64,000 nt of DNA, taken from Vicinamibacterales bacterium (lineage in GTDB: Bacteria; Acidobacteriota; Vicinamibacteria; Vicinamibacterales; UBA8438). The notes beneath the pieces were generated by a model. That model was not told the DNA's origin and did no database searches. It saw only the letters and a list, made by a program, of their open reading frames with translations. The stretch is taken from positions 106,350-170,349 of the forward strand of contig CBDDJQ010000005.1 of the NCBI GenBank assembly GCA_965229825.1. The letters are read 5' to 3'. A program made the translations under genes and the position numbers. Shown here piece by piece: positions 19,201 to 26,499 of this stretch (position 1 is its first letter; every line of letters starts with the position of its first letter).

Positions 19201-19768
19201 TCCGGGTCAGCGCCCCCGCGCTGTCCGTTTCGCCGCCGGGGAGGTCCAGCGCGGACCCGCCCGCGGCCGCCTGCAGCTCGACCGGGACATCGGATACGGG
19301 ATTGCCGAAGCGGTCGGCAACGGCGATGGCGAGGAGGACCATGTCGCCGTTCACCGTGCGCTCCGGATCGGCAGTCACGGCGAGGCTGGCGGGCGCCCCG
19401 GGCAGCCCGGGCAGGACCAGTGAAGCCGACAGAGCGCCGGCGACGGCCTCGATGCGGTTCTCGCCGGCCTGGTTCGACGCGGTCAGGGTCACGCTGGCGG
19501 TACCGGCCGCACCGGTCACTACCTCTTCCGCGCTCAGTACCGTGCCGGGGGTGTCGGTGGACAGTCGAATCAACTGGCCGGGCACCGGGGTGTTCAGGTT
19601 GTCCAGAAGCTCGATCCGAATCTGCGCCGATTCGGCGACCGGCAGCCCATCGACTTCCGCCCCGATCACGAGCCGCTCGGGTTCGCTGCCGACACAACCG
19701 GCGACAGCCAGAAGGCCGCTCGCTGCCGCGCATACCAGGAGCACACTCCGCCTGCATCTTCCGTCCAT
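16289..19768 (-). CDS. Large surface lipoprotein with about 10 tandem Big_2-like Ig domains flanked by Big_1/invasin-like domains (1159 aa)
   Basis: ATG at 19768 with a GAGGAG RBS. Lipobox LLAVAGC. About 85-aa units recur, each starting with V(V)PGPL/PGAL/AGPL/TGPL and containing ...AxGxDxxGNxV...PxWxL...G.ID..G.F.A...G. The 1921-aa track ORF fuses this gene to an out-of-frame shadow of the next gene. Confidence 0.85.
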   Translation of the reverse strand: MDGRCRRSVLLVCAAASGLLAVAGCVGSEPERLVIGAEVDGLPVAESAQIRIELLDNLNTPVPGQLIRLSTDTPGTVLSAEEVVTGAAGTASVTLTASNQAGENRIEAVAGALSASLVLPGLPGAPASLAVTADPERTVNGDMVLLAIAVADRFGNPVSDVPVELQAAAGGSALDLPGGETDSAGALTRTLTTAPDPGDNTVDVTVAGLPAQTLVVPTRRLSRLTVRPERAELLAGEALTFEAVGFDDDGGELGVRPQWTLTGGIGALEPSGAFTAGTAGQGRVRAAIGGVVASSALTVVPGPPRRIEVLPAEVRVESGEVVTLRAVARDAGGNAVALDPGGQGGTVQWSLTQDVGDLDDRGVMTARRAGEAAVVAAAGDLRGEARVEVTTGPLVTIAVEPRNPTVVSGTERQFRAVGQDSGGNEVSLTPTWSLSDALGELDDTGRFGAVRAGTARLVVASGRVAASTVIEVVPGPLESIAVSPAQADVPAGTTIAFAAVGRDAAGNEVAIEPVWELSRAVGQLDPGGELTGGQAGQGQVVARAGEVTGTADVRVVPGALTSLAVAPRTATVVAGSSQRFMVTGVDGVGNRVTVEPAWSLSAGEGRIDAGGTFVGTVAGAVTLAAAVEDLSVEAAIRVNAGPLASLGVTPRVLDIASGSVQAFEATGRDALGNERPVTPAWTVTGGVGTIGTRDGRLSAITAGVGSVIATAGALSGVSEVRVVPGALAAIDLDAPGDVQVGDTRPVVWTGVDANGNEVVTRPEWEVAGGVGRVDAEGRFAAAAPGSGRIIARSGDVSAEAPVRVLPGPLADLRIVRDPDRAEVTAGERIRLAAVGHDRDDHVVVVEPRWEIVRGAGSIDAGGQFVPTRAGPAVIRVTSGSSAAEAEVNVTAGPLASIVVAPARVDVASDTTQAFTAAGRDAYGNLVDVDPDWSLTYGVGSLDAEGRFSATMAGTGVVSATVGAVVGIADVTTTPGTLAVLAVQPAVPEVRSGELLQFQTAGFDARGNTVTGYTVEWQVSGDVGTVEPARGIFTALAAGTGQVLGRSNGVEGTTEVRVVPGDPSAATSTVDVSPPAVPAGGGAAAEITVTVRDAFNNPVAGAPVRVVSSRGADSIRPVESMTAADGAVRLQITSSTPGRSTLRVTAGTVELVSPPPIEFR

Positions 19769-19844
19769 GGCTCTACTCCTCACGCGCAAGGTCCGCCGCA
19801 GGCTCGATTCTACTATGCGGGCCGCGCGCGTCCCCGCCGGCCGG

Positions 19845-19920
19845 CGCGAGTCGCTCGGGCCGCTGGCGAGGGTGGGAACGGTGGACAAGTTCCAGGGCCA
19901 GGAGGCGGCGGTCGTGGGCG
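19845..19920 (+). pseudogene. Short relic carrying an SF1 helicase (DNA2/UvrD-like C-terminal) motif
   Basis: Reads ...SLGPLARVGTVDKFQGQEAAVV...; the TVDKFQGxE motif is characteristic of SF1 helicase C-terminal domains. No surrounding helicase ORF exists. It sits in the 278-bp spacer between two minus-strand genes. Confidence 0.25.
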
Positions 19921-20046
19921 ACGCGGAAGCCGAAGGGGGCGACTGCCGCGCCTCGCGCGCCGGCGTCAACGCGTTCGGCAAAGGGTCAACGCTTCGTGGC
20001 CTTCGCCCTTGGCTCGGCTTCGTTCCGATCCTTCTTCGAGCTCGGC

Positions 20047-22179
20047 TCACAACGCGTCGCGGGACATCAGGAAGGCGTGCACCTGCCAGATCTGGTCCCG
20101 CGACAGCAGCTCCTCGAAGGCGGGCATGTTCGTGCCTTCGCGGCCTCGCGTGACGGCGTCGAGGAAGCGGCCGGTGGGCAGACCGCTCCTGAACAGGTTC
20201 GGGCTTGCGCCGCCCCCGGTCCGGTGACAGACGGCGCAGCGCGCGCGGTAGATGCGCTCGCCGGCCGCGACCGCGGCCTCGTCGCCGAGCACGGGGTTGG
20301 CGGCGTCCCCGGCCGAGGGCGGGGCGGCGGGGGGCGGAGAAGCCGGGGCGACGGGCTCGGCACCCTCGGTGGGCTCGAAGCCGTATCCCGGCAAGACGCG
20401 GCCGCCGAGGGTGTGGCCGGGCTCGCCGACGCGGGGCAGGCCGCCCGGAAGCGGCGTCAGGTTCGTGCCCGGCTGCTCGGCCCGGGGACCGCCGTCGAGC
20501 GCGAACACCCAGAGGTTCCCGGCCTTGGGCTCGGTGTAATAGAAGATCATGTCGCCGCCGATGCCGCCGGACGGCACCGCCACGTACTGCGTCCCGTCGA
20601 GCTCGTAGGTGATGGGGCTGCCGATGATGCCCGAGCCGGTCTGGAACCGCCACAGCACCTCGCCGCTGCGGGCGTCGATGGCCATGAAGTAGCCGCGCAT
20701 GTCGCCGGTGAACACGAGCCCGCTGGAGGTGGCCACGGCGCCGGCCCAGAAGGGCGCCGGGCTCACCACGCGCCACAGCACCTTCCGGTCGACCACGTCG
20801 AAGCCCACGAAGTTGCCGGGGTTCTCGCTCGTCAAGTACTGCTGGTAGTCCCCGCCGGTGTACGCCTCGCCGTTCACCGGCGGCTCGAACTGATCCTCGG
20901 CCCAGAACCGGTAGCCCATCGCCCACTGGTTGGACATGAAGTAGAGCGCGCCGAGGTCGGGGTTGTAGGCGAGCGGCTGCCAGTCGATGGCGCCCTCGAG
21001 GCTGGGGATGATCGGACCTACTTCGGGCCCGCCGGACTGCGCCACCATGGCCGGATTCACCTGCGGGCGGCCGGTCTCCGGGTCGAGGCCGAAGGCCCAG
21101 TTGATGCCGGGAACGATGGGCTCGCCATACAGGAACCGGCCGTCGGTCCGATCCAGCGCGTAGAAGAAGCCGTTCTTGTCGTGGTGGAACAGGGCCTTGA
21201 CGGGACCGTGGCCGGGCAGGGTCACGTCCGCGAGCACCGGCGTGCTGACCGCGTCGTAGTCCCAGCAGTCCCAGGGGGTGTACTGATAGCCCCACCGGAT
21301 GTCGCCGCTGTCGGCGTCGAGGGCGACGGTCGCGGCCGACCAATGGTTGTCGCCCTTCCGGACGTTGCAGTTCCACGGGGCCGCGTTGCCGGTGTTCCAG
21401 TAGACGAGGTTCAGCCCGGGATCGTAGGCGCCGGTCGTCCAGGTGGGGGCGCCGCCGTGCTTCCAGGTGTCGCCGGGCCACGTCTCGTTGCCGGGCTCGC
21501 CGGGACCGGGGATGGTGTAGGTTGTCCAGCGCAGGTCGCCGGTCATCGCGTCGTACGCCTTGACGAAGCCGCGGATGCCGTACTCGCCGCCGGCCACCCC
21601 GGTCAGGACGAGGCCGTTGACGACGAGGGGCGCGCCGGTGATGCTGTAACCCTGCCGCCAGTCGACGACCTCGGTTTCCCACGCGACGGCGCCGGTGTCC
21701 CGGTGGAGCGCGATCAGCCGGGCATCCATGGTGCCGACGTAGACCAGGTCGCCGAACAGCGCGACCCCGCGGTTGTTCGAGCCGCAGCAGTAGACGCGCT
21801 CGACCTCGTTCGACATCTCCGGCTCGAAGCTCCACTTCGTTGCGCCGGTCCGCGCGTCGATGGCGAAGACGCGCGACTCGTCGGCCGAGAGGTAGATCAC
21901 GCCCTCGTGCACCAGCGGCGTGGCCTCGAGACCGCGGTTCTCGCCGCCGGTCGCGAACACCCACGCCGGGTGCAGGCGGTCGACGTTGTCCGGCGTGATC
22001 TCGTCCAGCTCGACGAAGCGGTGGCCACGGTAGTCGCGGCCGTACATCAGCCACGCCGAGGTGTCCTCGGCGGCCCGCTCGAGGTCGAGGGTGGTGACCG
22101 CCTGCCCGTACGCCGGTGGGGCCAACTCCGCCACCAGGAAGACCGCCGCGACCGCCGCCAAAAAGCGTGGGAACCGCAT
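20047..22179 (-). CDS. PQQ-dependent alcohol dehydrogenase (methanol/ethanol family) fused to a C-terminal cytochrome c domain (quinohaemoprotein)
   Basis: Signal peptide MRFPRFLAAVAAVFLVAELAPPAYGQA. Vicinal Cys pair VYCCGSNNRG. Active-site region YTPWDCWDYDAVS. Propeller W-motifs. A Pro/Ala linker, then ERIYRARCAVCHRTGG...GTNMPAF (CxxCH plus a Met ligand). Confidence 0.9.
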   Translation of the reverse strand: MRFPRFLAAVAAVFLVAELAPPAYGQAVTTLDLERAAEDTSAWLMYGRDYRGHRFVELDEITPDNVDRLHPAWVFATGGENRGLEATPLVHEGVIYLSADESRVFAIDARTGATKWSFEPEMSNEVERVYCCGSNNRGVALFGDLVYVGTMDARLIALHRDTGAVAWETEVVDWRQGYSITGAPLVVNGLVLTGVAGGEYGIRGFVKAYDAMTGDLRWTTYTIPGPGEPGNETWPGDTWKHGGAPTWTTGAYDPGLNLVYWNTGNAAPWNCNVRKGDNHWSAATVALDADSGDIRWGYQYTPWDCWDYDAVSTPVLADVTLPGHGPVKALFHHDKNGFFYALDRTDGRFLYGEPIVPGINWAFGLDPETGRPQVNPAMVAQSGGPEVGPIIPSLEGAIDWQPLAYNPDLGALYFMSNQWAMGYRFWAEDQFEPPVNGEAYTGGDYQQYLTSENPGNFVGFDVVDRKVLWRVVSPAPFWAGAVATSSGLVFTGDMRGYFMAIDARSGEVLWRFQTGSGIIGSPITYELDGTQYVAVPSGGIGGDMIFYYTEPKAGNLWVFALDGGPRAEQPGTNLTPLPGGLPRVGEPGHTLGGRVLPGYGFEPTEGAEPVAPASPPPAAPPSAGDAANPVLGDEAAVAAGERIYRARCAVCHRTGGGASPNLFRSGLPTGRFLDAVTRGREGTNMPAFEELLSRDQIWQVHAFLMSRDAL

Positions 22180-22338
22180 CTGCTCACCCTCTTCTCCGCT
22201 TGAAGCCCCCGCGGAAGCCACCCACCGTGGGGTCCGCACAGGCCGAATCAAGCCCGATTGGCTCTGCCTTTCGGGTCAAGCGGCCCGAACCGTCGGCGCC
22301 TGTGATGTCCCGATTGGCGTCCAGCCCGCCGATCACCG

Positions 22339-22773
22339 TCAGAGCCCGCCAAAGATGAACGCGTTGGCCTGCGGATCTATGGCGAATCGAACCCTCTCCA
22401 GAAGACCGGAATAGCCGATGAAGTTCCCTGCGGGCCAATCCCGCGATACGAAGACGGTCGAGTCGACCTCGACGGAATCGCCATCGTCGGCCACCAGGGT
22501 CGTCGTCGCTCTCACGAGTTTCCCTTGGACCGTTCCCATCCGAGAGCTGATGGTCATGGGTTCTCCGTCCCGGTCGAACAATTCGAGATCATCGGCCAGC
22601 TCGGCGTTCAGAACCGACCAGGAAGCGCCGGTGTCGAGCACCGCGAGAACCGGGACACCGTCGAACTCGACCTGGACGTGAACGCTCGCAGTCTCCGAAG
22701 GATGACCCGGATCCTCATCAAGATAGCGGGATCTGCCGGAAGCAAAGGTGGATCCGTCAGGCCAATGGAGCAT
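22339..22773 (-). CDS. Retropepsin-like (clan AA) single-domain aspartic protease, 144 aa
   Basis: The VPVLAVLDTGASWSVL signature contains the D-T-G-A catalytic motif. Size and layout fit a bacterial retropepsin-like protease that must dimerise. GC content is lower than in the flanks. Confidence 0.75.
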   Translation of the reverse strand: MLHWPDGSTFASGRSRYLDEDPGHPSETASVHVQVEFDGVPVLAVLDTGASWSVLNAELADDLELFDRDGEPMTISSRMGTVQGKLVRATTTLVADDGDSVEVDSTVFVSRDWPAGNFIGYSGLLERVRFAIDPQANAFIFGGL

Positions 22774-22781
22774 CGCGGTCG

Positions 22782-23405
22782 CTACAGGCGATGCACGAAC
22801 GGCTTGACGGGAGGGGCGAGCTCCGTCAGCTTCCGCCGCAAGGCAGCCAGAGACTTGCCGGCTGCGAGTAGCTCGCCGTCGGCGAGAGCGACCCACCTGC
22901 CGGCATGGCTGCCGGCATTCCGGCGCAACCACTCGAGGTTGTTGGAACTCTGCGCCCGTGCAGGCCGTCTGCGCCGGACTACCGGCTCCGCCAGCACGAT
23001 CAACAGACGTCGCAGCGACTCGTCCGCGGTCTGATCCAGGGAAACCGCATCGGCCAGCTTGCGCGCGGCCAGGACGCGATGGCCGGACAGAAGCTGACGG
23101 AGCATCGTCTCCATGATCGCCGTCGGCCGGCGTGAACCCAGATCATGCGCCGTCCGGAAGCTCGCACCGCGCTCGACAGGCGGCGGGGCAACCCAAGCCT
23201 CGACGTGCTGGAACCCCCAGGCATCCCTTCTTCGGGCGAACGTGCCCGGATCGATCGGCGCAGCCCCCGTCGCGAACCATCCCCGGCCCTCACTGAACCC
23301 GGTGCTGTCGGCCAGCGGCCGCAGGTGTCCGGCATCCGTCGCCGTGCCGAAGGGCGGTTCCACCGGACTGTCGATCTCGAGACGCCCAAGCTGCTGTCCG
23401 AACAT
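22782..23405 (-). CDS. Hypothetical protein with a DUF5678-like C-terminal domain (207 aa)
   Basis: The C-terminus NLEWLRRNAGSHAGRWVALADGELLAAGKSLAALRRKLTEL resembles the small DUF5678-type domain (recognised from memory). High GC3 from the first ATG supports the full length. It starts 7 nt after the upstream gene and ends 8 nt before the protease gene. Confidence 0.6.
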   Translation of the reverse strand: MFGQQLGRLEIDSPVEPPFGTATDAGHLRPLADSTGFSEGRGWFATGAAPIDPGTFARRRDAWGFQHVEAWVAPPPVERGASFRTAHDLGSRRPTAIMETMLRQLLSGHRVLAARKLADAVSLDQTADESLRRLLIVLAEPVVRRRRPARAQSSNNLEWLRRNAGSHAGRWVALADGELLAAGKSLAALRRKLTELAPPVKPFVHRL

Positions 23406-23412
23406 GGCCCTC

Positions 23413-24075
23413 TCAGGAGTTTTCCAGCCCCACCGCCGTCAGCGCCGCCCCTGTCCGTTCTTCCGCCAGAGCTCGGATCGCCGCGCCGGTTCCGACAGCT
23501 CCCTCCATCACCATGAATACCCGAACGAAGAGACCATCCTGAATCACGCGGGACACGTCCAGGGTCAACGTGGAACTGATCATCGGTGGAGCTTCACCGA
23601 AGTACAGGGCGGCTCCGGCGCCGAGACAATTTCCGAAGCCCTTGATTTTCACCGAGTTCGGAACGAACCGGCGGACGAACTCGGCGCCCTTCGTTCCTTC
23701 GATCAGTCCATGATGGGCGTACGAAATCGCATGGGTCTTGAAGCGAAGCTCGGGCGACGCCCGCCGGACCGCGCCAATCACGCCGTCGACGGAGTCCACG
23801 ACGCGCGGCGCCAGCGAGGAGGCATGGAAGCGAACGCTGTCCAGGCCGATTCTGACGTTGGCCGTGCCTCCGAACAGCCAAGCCCCGAGACCGGCGCCGC
23901 CCACGGATCCGTTGCCGGCATCCCGACGCAGGTCCATGCTCGACAGCCCGACGTAGGCCAACTCGTCCAGCAGCGCGTCGTAGAGCACGGGAACGTCGTG
24001 AACGACGGACCAGAGTCGAGAAGCGAACTTGGACTCAAGCTCGATCTCCGACTGCTGGATGGTGAATCTCTTCAT
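23413..24075 (-). CDS. Hypothetical protein, 220 aa, no recognisable motif
   Basis: Uninterrupted ORF with reasonable codon periodicity and lower GC than the surroundings. It starts 23 nt downstream of the sirtuin gene stop. Confidence 0.6.
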   Translation of the reverse strand: MKRFTIQQSEIELESKFASRLWSVVHDVPVLYDALLDELAYVGLSSMDLRRDAGNGSVGGAGLGAWLFGGTANVRIGLDSVRFHASSLAPRVVDSVDGVIGAVRRASPELRFKTHAISYAHHGLIEGTKGAEFVRRFVPNSVKIKGFGNCLGAGAALYFGEAPPMISSTLTLDVSRVIQDGLFVRVFMVMEGAVGTGAAIRALAEERTGAALTAVGLENS

Positions 24076-24098
24076 GCCGATTTACTTCGCATGGTACT

Positions 24099-24860
24099 TC
24101 ATCCGTTGCCCCGTCGGCCGTCCGCGGCGACCAGCGCAGGCAGGACCCCGCCGATCTCGCCGTGCACGACCAGGTCCGCGATGCCGTCCAGGGGAGTCGG
24201 CTCGCGGTTGACGATGACCAGTCGCGCCCCCGCCGCCTTCGCCACGCGCGGGATCGACGCCGCGGGCTCGACCACCAGCGAGGAGCCGACCGCGAGCAGC
24301 AGGTCACAGGTCTCGGCCGCGGCCTGCGCCCGCGCCATGACGTCGAGCGGCATGGCCTGGCCGAACGAGACCGTCGCAGGCTTGAGGAACCCGCCGCACG
24401 CCCGGCAGCGCGGCGCCCGCTCGCCCGCCTCGATGCGGCGGCCCGCCTCGTCGGACGTGATCCGGTCTCCGCACGTCAGGCACACCGCTTCGGTGGTGGT
24501 GCCGTGCAGCTCGAGCACGGCGTCGGGGGGCAGTCCCGACCGCTGGTGCAGCCGCTCGATGTTCTGGGTGATCAGGGCGAGGAGCCGGCCCTGCCGGTGC
24601 AGCTCGACGAACGCGCGGTGTCCTGCGTTCGGCTGCGCCTCGCGCATGGCGGGCCAGGCCGCGGCCTTCTGGCGCCAGTACTCGACGCGCCCCGCTTCGC
24701 TCGACACGAACTCCTGGAAGTCGACGGTCCGGTTGCGCGCCCACACGCCGTCGGGACTGCGGAAGTCCGGGACCCCCGACTCGGTCGAGATGCCGGCGCC
24801 GGTGAAGCCGACGATCCGCGACGCGCCGACGATCAACGCCCGGGCAGCCTGCTCGTCCAT
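24099..24860 (-). CDS. cobB: NAD-dependent protein deacylase, Sir2/CobB family
   Basis: GAGISTESGVPDFRS, TQNIERLHQRSG, ELHG, a Zn ribbon (CLTCG...CRACGG), and VGSSLVV. These are canonical sirtuin motifs. Confidence 0.9.
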   Translation of the reverse strand: MDEQAARALIVGASRIVGFTGAGISTESGVPDFRSPDGVWARNRTVDFQEFVSSEAGRVEYWRQKAAAWPAMREAQPNAGHRAFVELHRQGRLLALITQNIERLHQRSGLPPDAVLELHGTTTEAVCLTCGDRITSDEAGRRIEAGERAPRCRACGGFLKPATVSFGQAMPLDVMARAQAAAETCDLLLAVGSSLVVEPAASIPRVAKAAGARLVIVNREPTPLDGIADLVVHGEIGGVLPALVAADGRRGNG

Positions 24861-24937
24861 GCCGGAGATCCTATGCGCGATTCCATGCCGGTAAGTCAGC
24901 GAGGCTGGGCCGGCGGGGTAACATCGCCTGTTTTGCC

Positions 24938-26499
24938 ATGCCCGCCGAGCCCCTGACCTACCCCCGCATCGCCGCGTTCTGGCTGCCCCTCGCCGGCACC
25001 TGGCTGATGATGGCGGTGGAGGGCCCGTACCTGGCCGCGATCATCGCCCGGCTGGGACAGCCGACCGAGAATCTGGCCGCGTTCGGGGTGGCCTTCGCGC
25101 TCGCGATCATCATCGAGGCGCCGGTCATCATGCTGATGGCCGCCTCGACCGCCCTCGTCACCGATGCCGCGAGCTACGCCGCGCTGCGGCGTTTCACCTA
25201 CACGCTCAGCGCGGCGCTGACCCTCGTCCAGGTCGTCGCGGTGCTCCCCCCGGTATTCGACTGGATCGCCGTCTCGCTCATCGGTCTGCCGCCCGACGTG
25301 GCCCGTCTGACGCACCATGGGCTCGCCATCATGCTGCCGTGGCCGATGGCCATCGGGTACCGGCGGTTCCGGCAGGGTCTGCTGATCCGCCGCCACCTGA
25401 CCCGTCTCGTCACCTGCGGCACCGCCCTGCGTCTCGCGGCCATGAGCGCGGCTGCCCTGGTCGCGGCGCAGGCGCCCGGACTGCACGGCGTGCATGTAGG
25501 GACCATCGCGCTCGCCACCGGGGTCATCGTCGAGGCCCTGGCCAGCCGCGTCATGACTCGGCACGTCGTTGCGTCGCTCCAGGCCGGCCCGGCCGACCCC
25601 GCAACGGCCGACCGCGCTGCGACCGCGCCGGCCGACCCGGACCCGGCGGCCACCGCCCCGACCGACACCGCCGCGACCGACACCGCCGCGACCGACACCG
25701 CCGCGACCGACACCGCCGCGACCGACACCGCCGCGACCGACACCGCCCCGACCGACACCGCCCCGACCGACACCGCCCCGACCGAGCCCCCCGCAGCGGG
25801 CCCCAGCGCCCCGTTGACGATGCCGGCCATCTTCCGTTTCTACCTGCCGCTGGCCATGACCTCGGTTCTGGCGATGGGGGTGCAACCGGCGGTGACCTTC
25901 TTCGTCGGCCAGAGCCGATTCGCCCTGGAGTCGTTGGCGGTTCTGCCGGTCATCCACGGGTTGACCTTCATGTTCCGCGCGCTCGGACTGTCGTATCAGG
26001 AGGTGGGGATCGCCCTGTTCGGCGACCGCTGGCAGCAGTACCGGCCGATCCGCAACTTCGGGTGCGTGCTCGCGGCGTTCGCGGCCGGCGGCCTCGGGCT
26101 CATCGTGTTCACGCCGCTGGCCGTCGTCTGGTTCCAGGACGTGTCCGGCCTCTCGTCCGAGCTCGCGGCGTTCGCCGTGCTGCCGGCGCAGATCCTCGCG
26201 CTGCTACCGGCCGGATCGGTGTGGATCTGCTTCAGCGCTCGGTGCTCGTCCACGCTCGGCAGACGGCGCCGATCACCTGGGCCGGGCTTCTCGAGGTCAC
26301 CGTGGTCGTCCTGTTGCTCACGGTCACCATACAGGTGCTGTCCTGGGCTGGCGCGGTGGCGGCGGCGACCGCGATCCTGGGCGGGCGTCTCGCCGGCAAT
26401 CTGTTCCTGCTGGCGTTCACGGCGAGAATCGTGCGTCCGTCGGCGGACGCACGGACACCGTCGCCCGGTGCCGCCGGCGCCGTCTCATTCGGCGGGTGA
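24938..26499 (+). pseudogene. Polytopic MATE/MOP-superfamily-like membrane protein with an apparent 1-nt frameshift near 26218-26223 (or a sequencing error)
   Basis: The frame from 24938 is hydrophobic and membrane-like up to ...LALLPAGSV, then turns into an Arg/Ser-rich tail. The frame ending at 26499 continues sensibly with VDLLQRSVLVHARQTAPITWAGLLEVTVVVLLLTVTIQVL.... A repeat-encoded (TDTAA/TDTAP) loop splits the two halves. Confidence 0.55.
25661..25780 (+). repeat. Perfect 15-bp tandem repeat array: 5x ACCGACACCGCCGCG + 3x ACCGACACCGCCCCG
   Basis: Read directly from the sequence. It is in frame and encodes (TDTAA)5(TDTAP)3 in the central loop of the membrane protein. Confidence 0.95.

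Noticed and set aside
16289-22054. The 1921-aa minus-strand ORF in the supplied track, read as one giant gene.
   Set aside because: Only the part from ATG 19768 downstream (lipobox, Big_2 repeats) looks like protein. The N-terminal roughly 760 aa are Arg/Pro/Gly-rich. They overlap, out of frame, the well-supported PQQ dehydrogenase (20047..22179) and the intergenic spacer.
24099-24860. The Sir2 gene as the NADase effector of a defence system together with the three downstream genes.
   Set aside because: The protein has every hallmark of a housekeeping sirtuin deacylase: the Zn-ribbon CxxC...CxxC, GAGISxxSGIPDFR-like and QNIxxLH motifs, and about 250 aa with no extra domains. Its GC content matches the genome, whereas the three downstream genes are lower in GC. 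The adjacency is noted but not treated as a functional link.
25661-25780. The 15-bp repeat array as a possible CRISPR or other non-coding array.
   Set aside because: The units are contiguous with no spacers. They are only 15 bp long and in frame inside a membrane-protein ORF. No cas genes are present.
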